Source of the DNA: Octopus vulgaris | Taxonomy: Eukaryota | Length of the DNA: 64,000 nucleotides | Direction of reading: 5' to 3' | Assembly: GCA_951406725.2 (NCBI GenBank) | Contig: OX597837.1 | Location: 35,712,001-35,776,000, forward strand | Part shown: positions 24,843-37,179 of the stretch, one piece after another | Position numbering within the stretch: the first letter of the stretch is position 1 | Layout of the letters: the number at the start of each line of letters is the position of its first letter | The notes under the pieces: model-generated | What the model was told of the DNA's origin: nothing | Database searches by the model: none | The model's input: the letters and a program-made list of their open reading frames with translations, nothing else | Translations under genes and position numbers: made by a program

Positions 24843-25565
24843 TTGAGCCTCACAGAAGCAATGACAAGTGACCAAAACCTTTGGCAGTATACCATGCTTG
24901 AGAAGACTTGTCAAGCCAAGTGAGATCAGTTGTGGCTAATGCTGGTGTAACATAACTGGCACCTATAAGACACCCATTACACTCTTGGAGTGGTTGGCAT
25001 TAAGAAGGTCATCCAGCCATAGAAACCATGCCAAATCAGGCGGCAAGCTGGCAGAAGTGTTAGCACATCGGGCGAAATGCTTAGCGGTATTTCGTCTGCT
25101 GTTACGTTCTGAGGTCGACTTTGCCTTTCATCCTTTTGGGGTCGATTATATAAGTACCAGTTATGCACTGGGGTCGATATAATCGACTTAATCCGTTTGT
25201 CTGTCCTTGTTTGTCATCTCTGTGTTTAGTCCCTTGTGGGTAGTAAATAAATAGGTATTTCATCTATTTAGCGGTATTTCGCTACATTCCGTGTTCAAAA
25301 CACCACCGAGGTCGACTTTGCATTTCATCCTTTCGGGGTCAATTAAATAAGTACCAGTGATGCACTGGTTCAATATAATTGACTTAATCCCTTTGTCTGT
25401 CCTTGTTTGTCCCCTCTGTGTGTAGCCCCTTGTGGGCAGTAAAGAAATAAGAAACCATGCCAAATCAGATTGGAACCTAGTACAGCTCCCCAGTTTATTA
25501 GTTTCCAGTCAAACCATCCAACCCATGCCAGCATGGAAACCAGATGTTAGGTGATAATTATGATG
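24843..25565 (+). mobile_element. RTE LINE 3' end split by a SINE B dimer
   Basis: LSLTEAMTSDQNLWQYTMLEKTCQAK* then 3' UTR; the insert 25040-25449 is flanked by a 19-bp TSD agaaaccatgccaaatcag. Confidence 0.8.
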
Positions 25566-25657
25566 GCATTTACCATAATGTCCTACTTGTTAGTGACAGT
25601 GGTTCTTGCAAGTGCAAGAGGGTTTCAGCACAAAAAAAAAGAAAAAAAAAAGACAAA

Positions 25658-25820
25658 GGCGCAGGAGTGGCTGTGTGGTAAGTAGCTTGCTAACCAACCA
25701 CATGGTTCCAGGTTCAGTCCCACTGCGTGGCATCTTGGGCAAGTGTTTTCTGCTATAGCCCTGGGCCGACCAATGCCTTGTGAGTGGATTTGGTAGACGG
25801 AAACTGAAAGAAGCCTGTCG

Positions 25821-25851
<31 letters not shown>

Positions 25852-26066
25852 TTGTGTGTCTGTGTTTGTCCCCCTGGCATTGCTTGACAACCGATGTTGG
25901 TGTGTTTACGTCCCCGTCACATAGCGGTTCGGCAAAAAGAGACCGATAGAATAAGTACTGGGCTTACAAAAGAATAAGTCCCGGGGTCGATTTGCTCGAC
26001 TAAAGGCGGTGCTCCAGCATGGCCGCAGTCAAAATGACTGAAACAAGTAAAAGAGTAAAGAGTAAA
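25658..26066 (+). mobile_element. SINE family A
   Basis: Full-length copy. Confidence 0.92.
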
Positions 26067-26865
26067 GTGCTCAGCCTGGTTGTGAGAACCTCACAGAATG
26101 GTTTGTTTCATGTGTCATGGTCAGAATGTCTGTTGATTCTTTTCTTTCATCATTTGAAGAACAGGAATAAATAAGATTACACGGAAAGTAAACCAACATG
26201 GAATTGGTATTTAGGAATTAGGTAAACAAATATGATTTTTTTTTTCTGTTTTTTTTTTTTTCTTTAGTTTGAAGCATATTTAGAAATATCTCAAGATTTT
26301 GGTATGTGTGAAGAATTTCTGTAGCCTTCCTGGACACGTGAGTGGAGAGAGAAAAAAAATTTAAGATGTATCTGTGAAATAACCCTCTAAACATTTTGGT
26401 AAATAAAAGGGACTAGATTTTTCTCAATGTTTATTCCTGAAGAATTTAAGATTGAATATTCTTGAAGATTTGGATTAAATGTTTGTTTGTTTGTGTCTGG
26501 TGCAGGGTGGTGGGTTTGATCCCACTCCTACAAACACACACATATATATACACATTGCAATGTAATCTGAGATGTGATGAGAGAAGGGGGGAGAGAGAGA
26601 GAAAAGGCATGTATTCTTGTGTAAGGTACGAGAATTGGAGGTAGAGCATGGTCTGATATGGTCTTGTGGTGGTGGTGAAAGGAAGCGAGATGAAGAGATG
26701 CATATGTTTTGGTGCTTGTGTTGGGCGGAAATAGCAACTGAGAAAGAGAGACGGGTTTGGGGGGGGGGTTGGAGGGGTTGTGCCAATGTTGGGAACTACA
26801 AGAGGAAAATGAGTTAGTGGTGGAACCTCTTTGGAGCCAATGATGTAACCCCTACTGGGCCAGGG

Positions 26866-27600
26866 AAGGGATCATTACTGAGCCTGCAAAGGGGGTCATT
26901 ACAGAGCTTGCAAAGGGAGTCATTACGGAGCTTGCAAAGGGGTTCATTAGGGAGCCTGCGAAGGGGGTCATTACTGAGCCTGCAAAGGGATCATTACTGA
27001 GCCTGCAAAGGTATCATTACTGAATCTGTAAAGGGATCATTACTGAGCCTGTGAAGAGATCATTATGGAGCCTGCAAAGGGAGTCATTATGGAGCCTGCA
27101 AAGAGGGTCATTATGGAGCCTGCAAAGAGGGTCATTATGGAGCCTGTGACGGGGTCATTATGGAGCCTGCGAAGGGAGTCATTACAGAGCCTGTGAAGGG
27201 GGTCATTATGGAGCTTGCAAAGGGGGTCATTACGGAGCCTGCGAAGGGGGGCATTACGGAGCCTGCGAAGGGGGGCATTACGGAGCCTGCGAAGGGGGGC
27301 ATTACGGAGCCTGTGAAGGGATCATTACAGAGCCTGCGAAGGGGGTCATTACTGAGCCTGCGAAGGGGGTCATTACTGAGCCTGCGAAGGGGGTCATTAC
27401 GGAGCCTGCGAAGGGGGTCATTACGGAGCCTGCGAGGGGGTCATTACGGAGCCTGTGAAGGGGGTCATTATGGCACTTGCGAAGGGGGTCATTATGGAGC
27501 CTGCGAAGGGGGTCATTACGGAGCCTGTGAAGGGGGTCATTACGGAGCCTGCGAAGGGGGTCATTACTGAGCCTGCAAAGGGAATTGCTGTTGAGCCAGT
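26866..27600. repeat. 23/24-bp minisatellite gagcctgcgaagggggtcattacg, ~30 copies
   Basis: Directly visible tandem array with degenerate edges. Confidence 0.97.
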
Positions 27601-28511
27601 GAGGGAATATTTACTGAGTCATTGAAGTAACCTGTGAGTGTTGGAAATCTATACTCAATGATAGCCATAGTGTCTCTTTGTCTGTCACAGTGTATCTTGG
27701 AATACATTATTCAGTGTATTTCAATTTCAGCTTGTAACGTGGGACAGGAGGGAGATTTTACTGCTATTTCTAGAGAATGAGTGACCACATAAGCTCCTTT
27801 GTTGGTTCACATAGTCATCTGTAGTCATTTTAGGCATGTGTATGTGTGTGTCTATATATATGTATATATATAAACACGTACAGCTAGACATATATATATT
27901 TGCACACATACCTCTGTACATATTATATATACACACATACATACAATACACACACACATGTATGTATGTACATATAGGTCATATACTGGTTGTATAATAG
28001 ATACTTTTGTCCCTTAGGCAATTATTTTAACCTCTTACTCAGCTAACCTTATATATACACACACACACACACACACTTATATATATATATATATACATAC
28101 ATACACACACACCTATATTTATATATATATATATATATATATGTGTTTGTGTAGTGGTGTATTCTGGTATGTTACACTTTTGTATGCTGTGTGCAACTAT
28201 ACACTCGCTGTCTCTGTGTCTGTTATGTATTGTATGTTGTAAATATTGTCTTGTAACCTGATCAGTGGGGTCTTCTCCATCTCCCTCTGCTCCCATTCTG
28301 TCACTCCCCACCTCAAACCCCTATCTACTGAATCATTATACGTGTCATTGTTGTTACCACACCCAGTCTCCTCCTCCTATTATTATTATTATCATCATCA
28401 TTATCATTATTATTATTATTATTAATTATCCTAATTTCTCCTGAGTTATCTATGCCATGTCTAAGCTCCATCTTGCTGCCGTCTGAATACTTCCTAAGAA
28501 GTTTGGTATTT

Positions 28512-29215
28512 TGCCAGCCTCGCCTGGCCCCTGTGCCGGTGGCACGTAAAAAGCACCATCCGATCGTGGCCGTTGCCAGCCTCGCCTGGCTCCCATGCCG
28601 GTGACACGTAAAAAGCACCATCCATCCGTGGCCGTTTGCCAGCCTCGCCTGGCCCCTGTGCCGGTGGCACGTAAAAAGCACCATCCGATCGTGGCCGTTG
28701 CCAGCCTCGCCTGGCTCCCATGCCAGTGACACGTAAAAAGCACCATCCGTCCGTGGCCGTTTGCCAGCCTCGCCTGGCCCCTGTGCCGGTGGCACGTAAA
28801 AAGCACCATCCAATCGTGGCCGTTGCCAGCCTCGCCTGGCCCCCGTGCCAGTGACACGTAAAAAGCACCATCCATCCGTGGTCATTTGCCAGCCTCGCCT
28901 GGCCCCTGTGCCGGTGGCACGTAAAAAGCACCATCCGATTGTGGCCATTGCCAGCTTCGCCTGGCCCCCATGCCGGTGACATGTAAAAAGCACCATCTGT
29001 CCATGGTCGTTTGCCAGCCCCGTCTGGCACCTGTGCCGGTGGCACGTAAAAAGCACCCACTACACTCACGGAGTGGTTGGCGTTAGGAAGGGTATCCAGC
29101 CGTAGAAACACTGCCAGATCAGACTGGCCCGATGCAGCCTTCTGGCTTCACAGACCCCAGTTGAACCGTCCAACCCATGCTAGCATGGAAAGCGGATGCT
29201 AAATGATGATGATGA
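28512..29215 (+). mobile_element. RTE-type 3' UTR with 9-unit internal tandem array and (GAT)n tail
   Basis: Units of 62/63 bp, then gagtggttggcgttaggaagggtatccagc...catggaaagcggatgctaaatgatgatg. Confidence 0.85.
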
Positions 29216-29217
29216 TT

Positions 29218-29345
29218 GCCCTCTTTGGGATGGTCCTGAGTGTACTGATCGCAAAAGGTACCACACTCACTTTTGCCGGTCTGTGGAGTCTTTCTATATT
29301 CTTCCAACACTAAATCTTGGTACTTCTTGACTTTCTTTCTTCTTA
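29218..29345 (-). mobile_element. RLE-type (R4/Dong-like) LINE endonuclease fragment
   Basis: KVKKYQDLVLE(fs)ERLHRPAKVSVVPFAISTLRTIPK resembles KxxKYxDL...VVPxVIGALGxIP. Confidence 0.6.
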
Positions 29346-29357
29346 TCATTATTACTA

Positions 29358-30195
29358 AGCAGTGAGCTGGCAGAATTGTTAGCACACTGGGCAAAATGCT
29401 TAGTGGTATTTTGTTAATCTTAAAGACATTCTGAGTTCAAATTCAGCAGAGGTCAACTTTGCATTTCATCCTTTTGTGGTCAATAAATTAAGTACCAGTA
29501 AAACACTGGGGGTTGATGTATTCGACTAGTCCCCTCTCCCCAAATTTCAGGCTTGTTCCTTTAGTAGCAAGGATTATTACTATCAAAGTGGTGAGCTGGC
29601 AGAATTATTTGTACACTGGGCAAAATGCTTCGTGGCATTTCGCCCTCCTTTATATTCTGAGTTCAAATTCTGCCGAGGTCGACTTTGCCTGTCATTGTTT
29701 CGGGGTCAATAAATTAAGTACCAGTTGAGCACTGGGGTTGATGTAATTGACTGGCTCCCTTTCATGAAATTAATGACCTTGTGCCAAAATTTGAAATAGT
29801 TGCTGGCAGAATTGTTAGCATGCCAGGCAAAATGCTGAGTTCTGAGTTCAAATCCTGCCAAGGTCAACTTTGCCTTTCATCATTTCGGAGTCAATAAAAT
29901 AAATATCAGTTGAGTACTGGGGGTCAATTTCATTCCCTGAAATTGCTGGCCTAGTGCCAAAATTTGAACTCCTCGTTATTCTGGCAACAGGCTGGCAGCA
30001 TTGTTAGTGTTGCACCAAATGCTCAGTTTTATTTTGTCCATCTTTACATTCTGAGTTCAAATTCCTCCAAGTTCAGCTTTCCTTTTCGCTGTTTCAGGGT
30101 TGATAAAATAGTACCAGTTGCATACTGGGGTCGATGACATTGACTGGCCCCTCCCCAGAATTTGAGACCTTGTGCCTATAGTAGAAAGGGTTTAT
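29358..30195 (+). mobile_element. Four head-to-tail SINE B copies
   Basis: Heads (gctggcagaatt-like) at about 29365, 29595, 29802 and 29992. Confidence 0.85.
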
Positions 30196-30373
30196 TATCA
30201 TCATCATCATTACTGTCGTTGTTCCTTAGAGGGGAATGGCCATTTATGTCAGTGATAATAATAAGGCCAGGAAAAATGCTAAATGTCTGTAGCAGACTTC
30301 CTGTAAATGTCTGTAAAGTCTGTATCAGACTTCCTTAGTATAATACAAAATTTCACATTGGCTCTTTGTTCTA

Positions 30374-30772
30374 GTCCATGACAAAAATCACAGACTACAG
30401 CATATGCTTGATCACAAAAACACAAATTTCACAACTTGTGAAATAAACAGAGCGATATCATTAGGCACACTGTCCCATGAAGGACACTGCTAGCTCTCAC
30501 TGGACACACAACCATGTGCTGCCATCTGTTGGCATTCTTAGTACAACAGAAACAACTGTCTGCTTTGTGAGGGGAATTCTACAATTAAGGGTGCGTTTTC
30601 CCTGTCCATGTCAAAAATTGCAGAGTACAGCAAACCCATGATCACTAAACCACAAATATCACAACTTGCAAAGTGAACACAGTGACATTGCTTGACACAC
30701 TGCCTCATGAAGGTCACTGCTTGCTCTCAGTGCACATGTAGCCATGTGCTGCCATCTGTTGGTGTGCTACAG
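30374..30772. repeat. Diverged tandem duplication, period 230 bp
   Basis: gtccatg..aaaaat at 30374 and 30604; colinear for ~160 bp. Confidence 0.85.
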
Positions 30773-30957
30773 AACTAATCTGGGAACTTTTTGATACCTT
30801 GTTTTGTTTGATTTTATGTTTAGTAAAGATAAAAAGCAATTTTATATGAACCTGAAAGGTTACTCAATACTTTTGTAGAGTACAACATACTAGCAGTATA
30901 TTGTATAACTGATATCCCATAGTGGGTTACCCTCATAACCCCTATCTTACTTTTTAC

Positions 30958-30992
<35 letters not shown>

Positions 30993-31206
30993 TCTCTTTT
31001 ACTTGTTTCTGCCATTTGACTGCGGCCATGCTGGAGCACCACCTTAAAGGGATTTAGTCAAAGAAATTGACCCCAGGACTTTTTCTCTGTAAGCCTAGTA
31101 CTTATTCTATTGGTCTTCTTTTGCCAAACTGCTAAGTGACAGGGACATAAGCACACCAACATTGGTTTTCAAGCGACGGTGGGGGACAAACACACGCAAA
31201 TACATG

Positions 31207-31249
<43 letters not shown>

Positions 31250-33303
31250 TTCTTTCAGTTTCCGTCTACCAAATCCACTCACAAAGCTTTGGTTAGCCTG
31301 AGGGTAAAGTAGAAGACGCTTGGCCAAGGCGTCACACAGTGGGACTGAACCTGGAACCATGTGGTTGGGAAGCAATCTTTGTACATATATGTGTGTGTGT
31401 GTCTTTGTGTTTGTCTCCCACCACCACTTGATAACCAGTGTTGGTGTGTTTATGTCCCTATAACTTAGCAATTTGGCTAAAAGAAACTGGGTCAATTCAT
31501 TCAATTAGGAATTCTTCTAAGCAGTGCCCCAGCATGACCGCGGTCTGATAACTGAAACATGTTAAAGGAAACAGCTAGAACATACACCCCCTCCTTCACC
31601 TGTGTCCTCCTCCCACCGCTCCCTTTCTTCCATCTGTCTGCTTGTGTAACACCAGCTCCTCCCACCCACATCTCTGAACCAAGACAACTCCTCCTCCTCC
31701 CCCTACTACCTTCACTTACCACTCCTACTATGAAGTCAAACTAATGTGGAGAGGGGTAACCCTTTATATGTTCGCCAGATGTGCCAGAAATAGCAGCCAA
31801 ATCCCCTACAACTCACACTCTACTGTCACACACACACACACACACACACACACAATATAAGATTGAGGGTACCTTGAATAATGGGGCCATGGTGTCCTTG
31901 CACATAAGTAAAGAACAATAATCAATGAGATGGTCATGATTGGAATATGTATGGTTATATATGTTGGTCTTCTTGATGGAGATTGACCTGGGGTTAAACA
32001 ACAACAGCAACAAATATGACAACTTCTTTACTCACCACCTCCACCACCACCACTTTCAATCCACTTACCCCGCTAACACCCCTCCCTGCCGTGATGTTAA
32101 GTCATAATCTCACCCCCACCCCACCCCATCAGCACACCCTTCTATCCACCACTCCCAACTATGAAGTAAGACAATAGCTGCCCCCACCTCCTCCCTCCAT
32201 CCCTTTTCCTCTGCCATCATCACCACAGCAATCTCACCCTCTACCCCGCCCCCACCTATTACCATCCGCTGCTCCACTCCCCCCCATTCGCCACCCCTCC
32301 CAGTTTGTGGTGGTGACAGATGATGTAAACATTACATTTCTGCCCAACTGAAGCAATTCATGCCCCACCCACCCCGTGCGCCCCCAATCCCAGCCCCACC
32401 CGACTAACCTTCCCATCCTTCCCTGTGTGTGTGTGTGTGTGTGTGTTTTTCCCTCTCATTTTCCATCTCCCTGCTATACCCTCTATCAATCTCCCCCATT
32501 CCGTCCCCTTGCCCTTATCCATTACTACCATCCTTCACTTGCCCCACTCCATCTCAGAGCCCTATCTTCTAAACTTCCAACCCCCCACCCCCACACATAA
32601 TCTCTTTCTCCATTCTATAACCCTATCTACTGCCCCCTAACATCACCCACACACTAACTCCACCCTAAGCCCCTGACTACTGCTCCCTCCTCCCCACCCT
32701 ACATATAGAAACATACTAACTCCATTCTACCCCCCCCCCCATCTACCACCCTTAATACACAACACATATGCTCTCCCTTTCAGCCCCATCTACATCCCTA
32801 AATCTATCCTAGGGCCCTGTATACTTCCACATATGCACCACCACCTTCAGCCCCTAATTCCCTACTAAATCCTTACAAACCACCCTTAATACATCCACAC
32901 ACGCTCTCACTCACTCCCTTCCTCCTTCTCTCCCTTCATTTCTCTCCTTTTCTCCCAAAGTAGCATTGACTGGCACTTAATTTTATAGACCCCGAAAAGA
33001 TTATTAGCAGTAATCCTTTCTAAAATGGGAAAGGGACCAGTTGATACTTTGACCCCAGTACATGACTGGTACTTTATTTTCTCAAAACCACAGAAGGATG
33101 AAAGAGATTAAAACTTACTCCTTTTTACTAAAGGCACAAGGCCTGAAATTTTAGGAAGGGGACTAGTCGATTTACATCGACCCCAGTGTCTCACTGGTAC
33201 TTAATTTGTTGATCCCCGAAAGGATGAAAAGTTTGGTTTGGCAGGATTTGAACTTAGAGCATAAAGAGGGATGAAATGGCTTTCAGCATTTTGCTTGGTA
33301 GAC

Positions 33304-33725
33304 TCTTTACTCTGTTTTGCTCTTTTACTTGTTTCAGTCATCTGACTGTGGCCATGCTGGAGCACCACCTTTAGTCGAGCAAATCGACCCCAGGACTTAT
33401 TCTTTGTAAGCCTAGTACTTATTCTATTGGTCTCTTTTGCTGAACCGCTAAGTTACGGGGATGTAAACACACCAGCATCGGTTGTCAAGCGATGTTGGGA
33501 GGACAGTCACACAAACATATACACACACATACATACATACATATATATATATACATATCTACAACGGGCTTGTTTCAATTTCCGTCTACCAAATTCATTC
33601 ACAAGGCTTTGGTTGGCCCAAGGCTATAGTAGAAGACACTTGCCCAAGGTGCCATGCATTGGGACTGAACCCGGAACCATGTGACTGGTAAGCAAGCTAC
33701 TTACCACACAGCCACTCCTGTGCCT
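33304..33725 (-). mobile_element. SINE family A
   Basis: Full-length reverse copy. Confidence 0.9.
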
Positions 33726-34051
33726 ATTACTTTTGAAAATATCATTCTAAGGATTTCCAAATGTTTCATGCAATATTTATTTTATTTAAATTCATTAAAT
33801 TTATATTTTCTACTAATGAAGACAGCAACGTCTTCATCCGGCAAAGAATGGAACGATTCTAATATTTCTTCATTTGGTTTTCTGTTTACAGTATCTGCTT
33901 CAACCGAAACTGGGTGTTAGTAATCTTTGAGAACACTGTCTCTTTATAAACTGTATCGTTTCTTTATCCCTCTCAGCAGTTTAGCTACACCTATCTATCT
34001 ATCTGTCTGTCTCTCTCTCTGTTTCTAAGATATCTTTATGACTATTTGTAT

Positions 34052-34271
34052 ACTCTTTGCTCTTTTACTTGTTTCAGTCATTTTGACTGCGGCCATGCTG
34101 GAGCACCACCTTTAATCGAGCAACTCGACCCCGGCACTTATTCTTTTGTAAGCCCAGTACTTATTCTATCGGTCTCTTTTGCCGAACTGCTAAGTAACGG
34201 GGACATAAACACACCAGCATCGGTTGTCAAGCAATGCTAGGGGGACAAACACAGACACACAAAAACACACA

Positions 34272-34320
<49 letters not shown>

Positions 34321-34489
34321 TATATACGACGGGCTTCTTTCAGTTTCCATCTACCAAATCCACTCACAAGGCTTTGGTTGGCCCGAGGCTATAGTAGAAG
34401 ACACTTGCCCAAGGTACCACGCAGTGGGACTGAACCCAGAACCATGTGGTTGGTAAACAAGCTACTTACCACACAGCCACTCCTGCGCC
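34052..34489 (-). mobile_element. SINE family A
   Basis: Full-length reverse copy. Confidence 0.92.
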
Positions 34490-35107
34490 TATATATGTTT
34501 TTTTTATCTGTATATGTCTGTCCATCCATCTATCCACCCATCCATGCGATATCTATGTCTTCTCTCCAAGATTTCTGTTTTTGCATGTGGTATACATCAT
34601 CGGTTTTATATTTATATCTATATCTGTATCTTGCTGTGTCATTTTTTTTTCTTTTACCATTCTTCTATCATGTCTGTCTGTCTGTCTACCCCTCTATTTC
34701 TCTATCTAGTTGTCTGTCTGTCTATTTCTCCCCCTCTCTCACTCTTCTCTCTCTCTTTCTCTCATCTCTGTATCTCTCCCCCTCTCCCTGTTTGCGTATC
34801 TGTCTGTCCCTGTTTTTGTCTATCTTTGTCTCTGTATCTCCTTCTCACTCACTCCCCCTGTCTTTCCCTCTCTCTGTATCTCTCTCTCTGTCTGTATGTC
34901 TGTCTCTCTTATCTCCCCCCCCTTCTGCATATATATGTATGTATGTATATATGTATGTATGTATATATGTATATATGTATGTATGTATATATGTATATGT
35001 ATATGTGTATATGTATATGTGTATATGTATATGTGTATATATATATGTGTGTATATATATATATGTGTATATATATATATGTGTATATATATATATATAT
35101 GTGTATA

Positions 35108-35164
<57 letters not shown>

Positions 35165-36835
35165 TTATGCCTGTGTGTGTGTATTGCAGCCCCTGCACCT
35201 CAATGGTTCCTTGTCAAACCATCCTACCCATGCCAGCCACCATGGAAAACAGATGTTAAGTAATGATGATGATACATAGCATGTCAATAGGGTTATATAC
35301 CCCCATAACTGTAAATACACCCAAACTTTGAAAAAAAAAAAAAAAAAAAAAGAAAAAAAGCAAAATTCCCAGAACGGATCAACTCTGCCAAGTCAACAAA
35401 GCAAGACCTCACGCGTCTACAACAACACCGATTTATCCCTGAAGACACAGAAGCCAAAGAACTCTGCTCTGGCAGATGGAAATTAATCATCGTCGTCATT
35501 TAACGTCTGTTTTCCATATCAACATTGGTTTGACAGGATCCAATGAGCTGCAGGGCTGTGCAAAGGTCTTGTGTGAGCAGCATTGGCATCAATGCCCTTC
35601 CTAATACCAACCATTATACAGAGCACACACTGTGTGCTTTTTTTTGGTGACACCAACATTAGAAAATTGTGCTGTGGAACTTCAGGTATTATGGCAGGGA
35701 GTTCCTGATCAAAATCTTCTAGTTCTGTCCCTTCATGTTTTCCAAAGAACTCGCAAGATAGAGAAATGGAAAGGTAGGGAGCTTCCTTGAGTGAGTGGGG
35801 GGAGTTTTTGAGATGGAGTGACTTTTTGAGATGGGGTGACTTTTTGAGATGGAGTGAGACTGTATGGAATCCCACCATTCACCTGTGGTTGTCTCTCTGA
35901 CTGCTGCTTGACAACCGGTGTTGGTTTGTTTATGTCCATAACTTAGCAGTTGAGTAAAAGAGACTGACGGAATAAGTACCAACTTGAAACAACCAAATGA
36001 GAAAACAAACGAAATAGGTAGTGCGGTTGATTTTTTTTTCTTTCGACTATAAATTCTTCAAGGCAGTGCCCCAGCATGGCCACAGTCCAGTTACTGAAAC
36101 AAGTTAAAGATAAAACATATATCCTGTCTGTCCTGGGCAGGATGTACATCATTAAACTATGTAAGGAGAGAAACTGAAATACAATTCTCATTAAATCCAT
36201 TTTTTCATTTTCAAAGTAAATTTCCTAACTACCCCCCTCCCCCCACTGCCCCTCCTCTATTCCAAACTCAGCATTTCTTTCACTCTTTCATTCTCTCTCT
36301 CTCTCTCTCTTCCTCCTTCTCTTCTCCCTCTGTATGTTCCATACTCTTCTGGTTTTTGGTCTGTTTGCAGTGTGTGTGTGTGTGTCTACACTTCTGTGTT
36401 GGTGTGTGTGTACGTGTGTTTATACTGCTGTGTGTGTGTGTGTATATCTGTATGTGTATATCTGTATGTGTACACGTCTGTGTAGGTGTGTATGTATCTT
36501 ATACATCATCTAGGTTGTATGTGTGTGTGTGCCTCTGTCTAGATGTGTGTGTATACAAGTGTGTGTGTGCTTCTGCCTTGATGTGTGTTTACACGTGTGT
36601 GTGTGTGTGAGTGCACATGCACCTCTGTCTAGATGTGTGTATGCATGTGTGTGTACACACTGTGTGTGCTTGTCTAGATGTGTGTATTACTGTGTATGTG
36701 TGCCTGTCTAGATGTGTATATACACGTGTGTGTGTATATACCTCTGTCAGATATGTGTATATACCTCTGTGTAGATGTGTGTATACACGTGGGTGTGTGC
36801 TCCTGTGTAGATGTGTGTATTCACTTGCTTGTGAG

Positions 36836-37060
36836 AAGGCACATGGCCTAATGGTTAGGGTGTTGCACCCAGGATTGCTAGATCATGAGTTCAATTCCCA
36901 GACCAGTGTGGCACATTGTGTTCTTGAGCAAAACACTTCATTTCACATCATTCCATTCAGCTGTAAATGAATGACCCTGTGACAAAGTATCAAGCTAAAA
37001 TGAGGCAAAGCGCACTGTGACCAGCGATATATAACATCATAGTCTGGTCAATCATATGGT
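36836..37060 (+). mobile_element. Degenerate tRNA-derived SINE (family C-related); reverse copy at about 40085-40375
   Basis: A box tggcctaatggttagg, B box gagttcaattccc; shared 3' part tgtgaccagcgat..aacatc..atagtctggtca. Confidence 0.65.
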
Positions 37061-37179
37061 ATATATGTATATATGTATGTGTGTATGTATGTATGTGTGT
37101 GTGTATATGTTTGTGTATGACATATACTAAAGGTGTACAGTCAGCCTCTGTCTAAGTTGGAAATTGAGGATAGTACAGT

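Noticed and set aside
27160-27570. 136-aa repetitive ORF (EPAKGGIT / GACEGGHY)
   Set aside because: Minisatellite with 23-bp units shifting frame repeatedly; no splice support.
28512-29060. Repeat array resembling CRISPR
   Set aside because: No unique spacers, no cas genes, eukaryotic context; it is part of a retroelement 3' UTR.
35802-35858. 18-bp triplicate gactttttgagatggagt
   Set aside because: Short local slippage duplication with no further structure.
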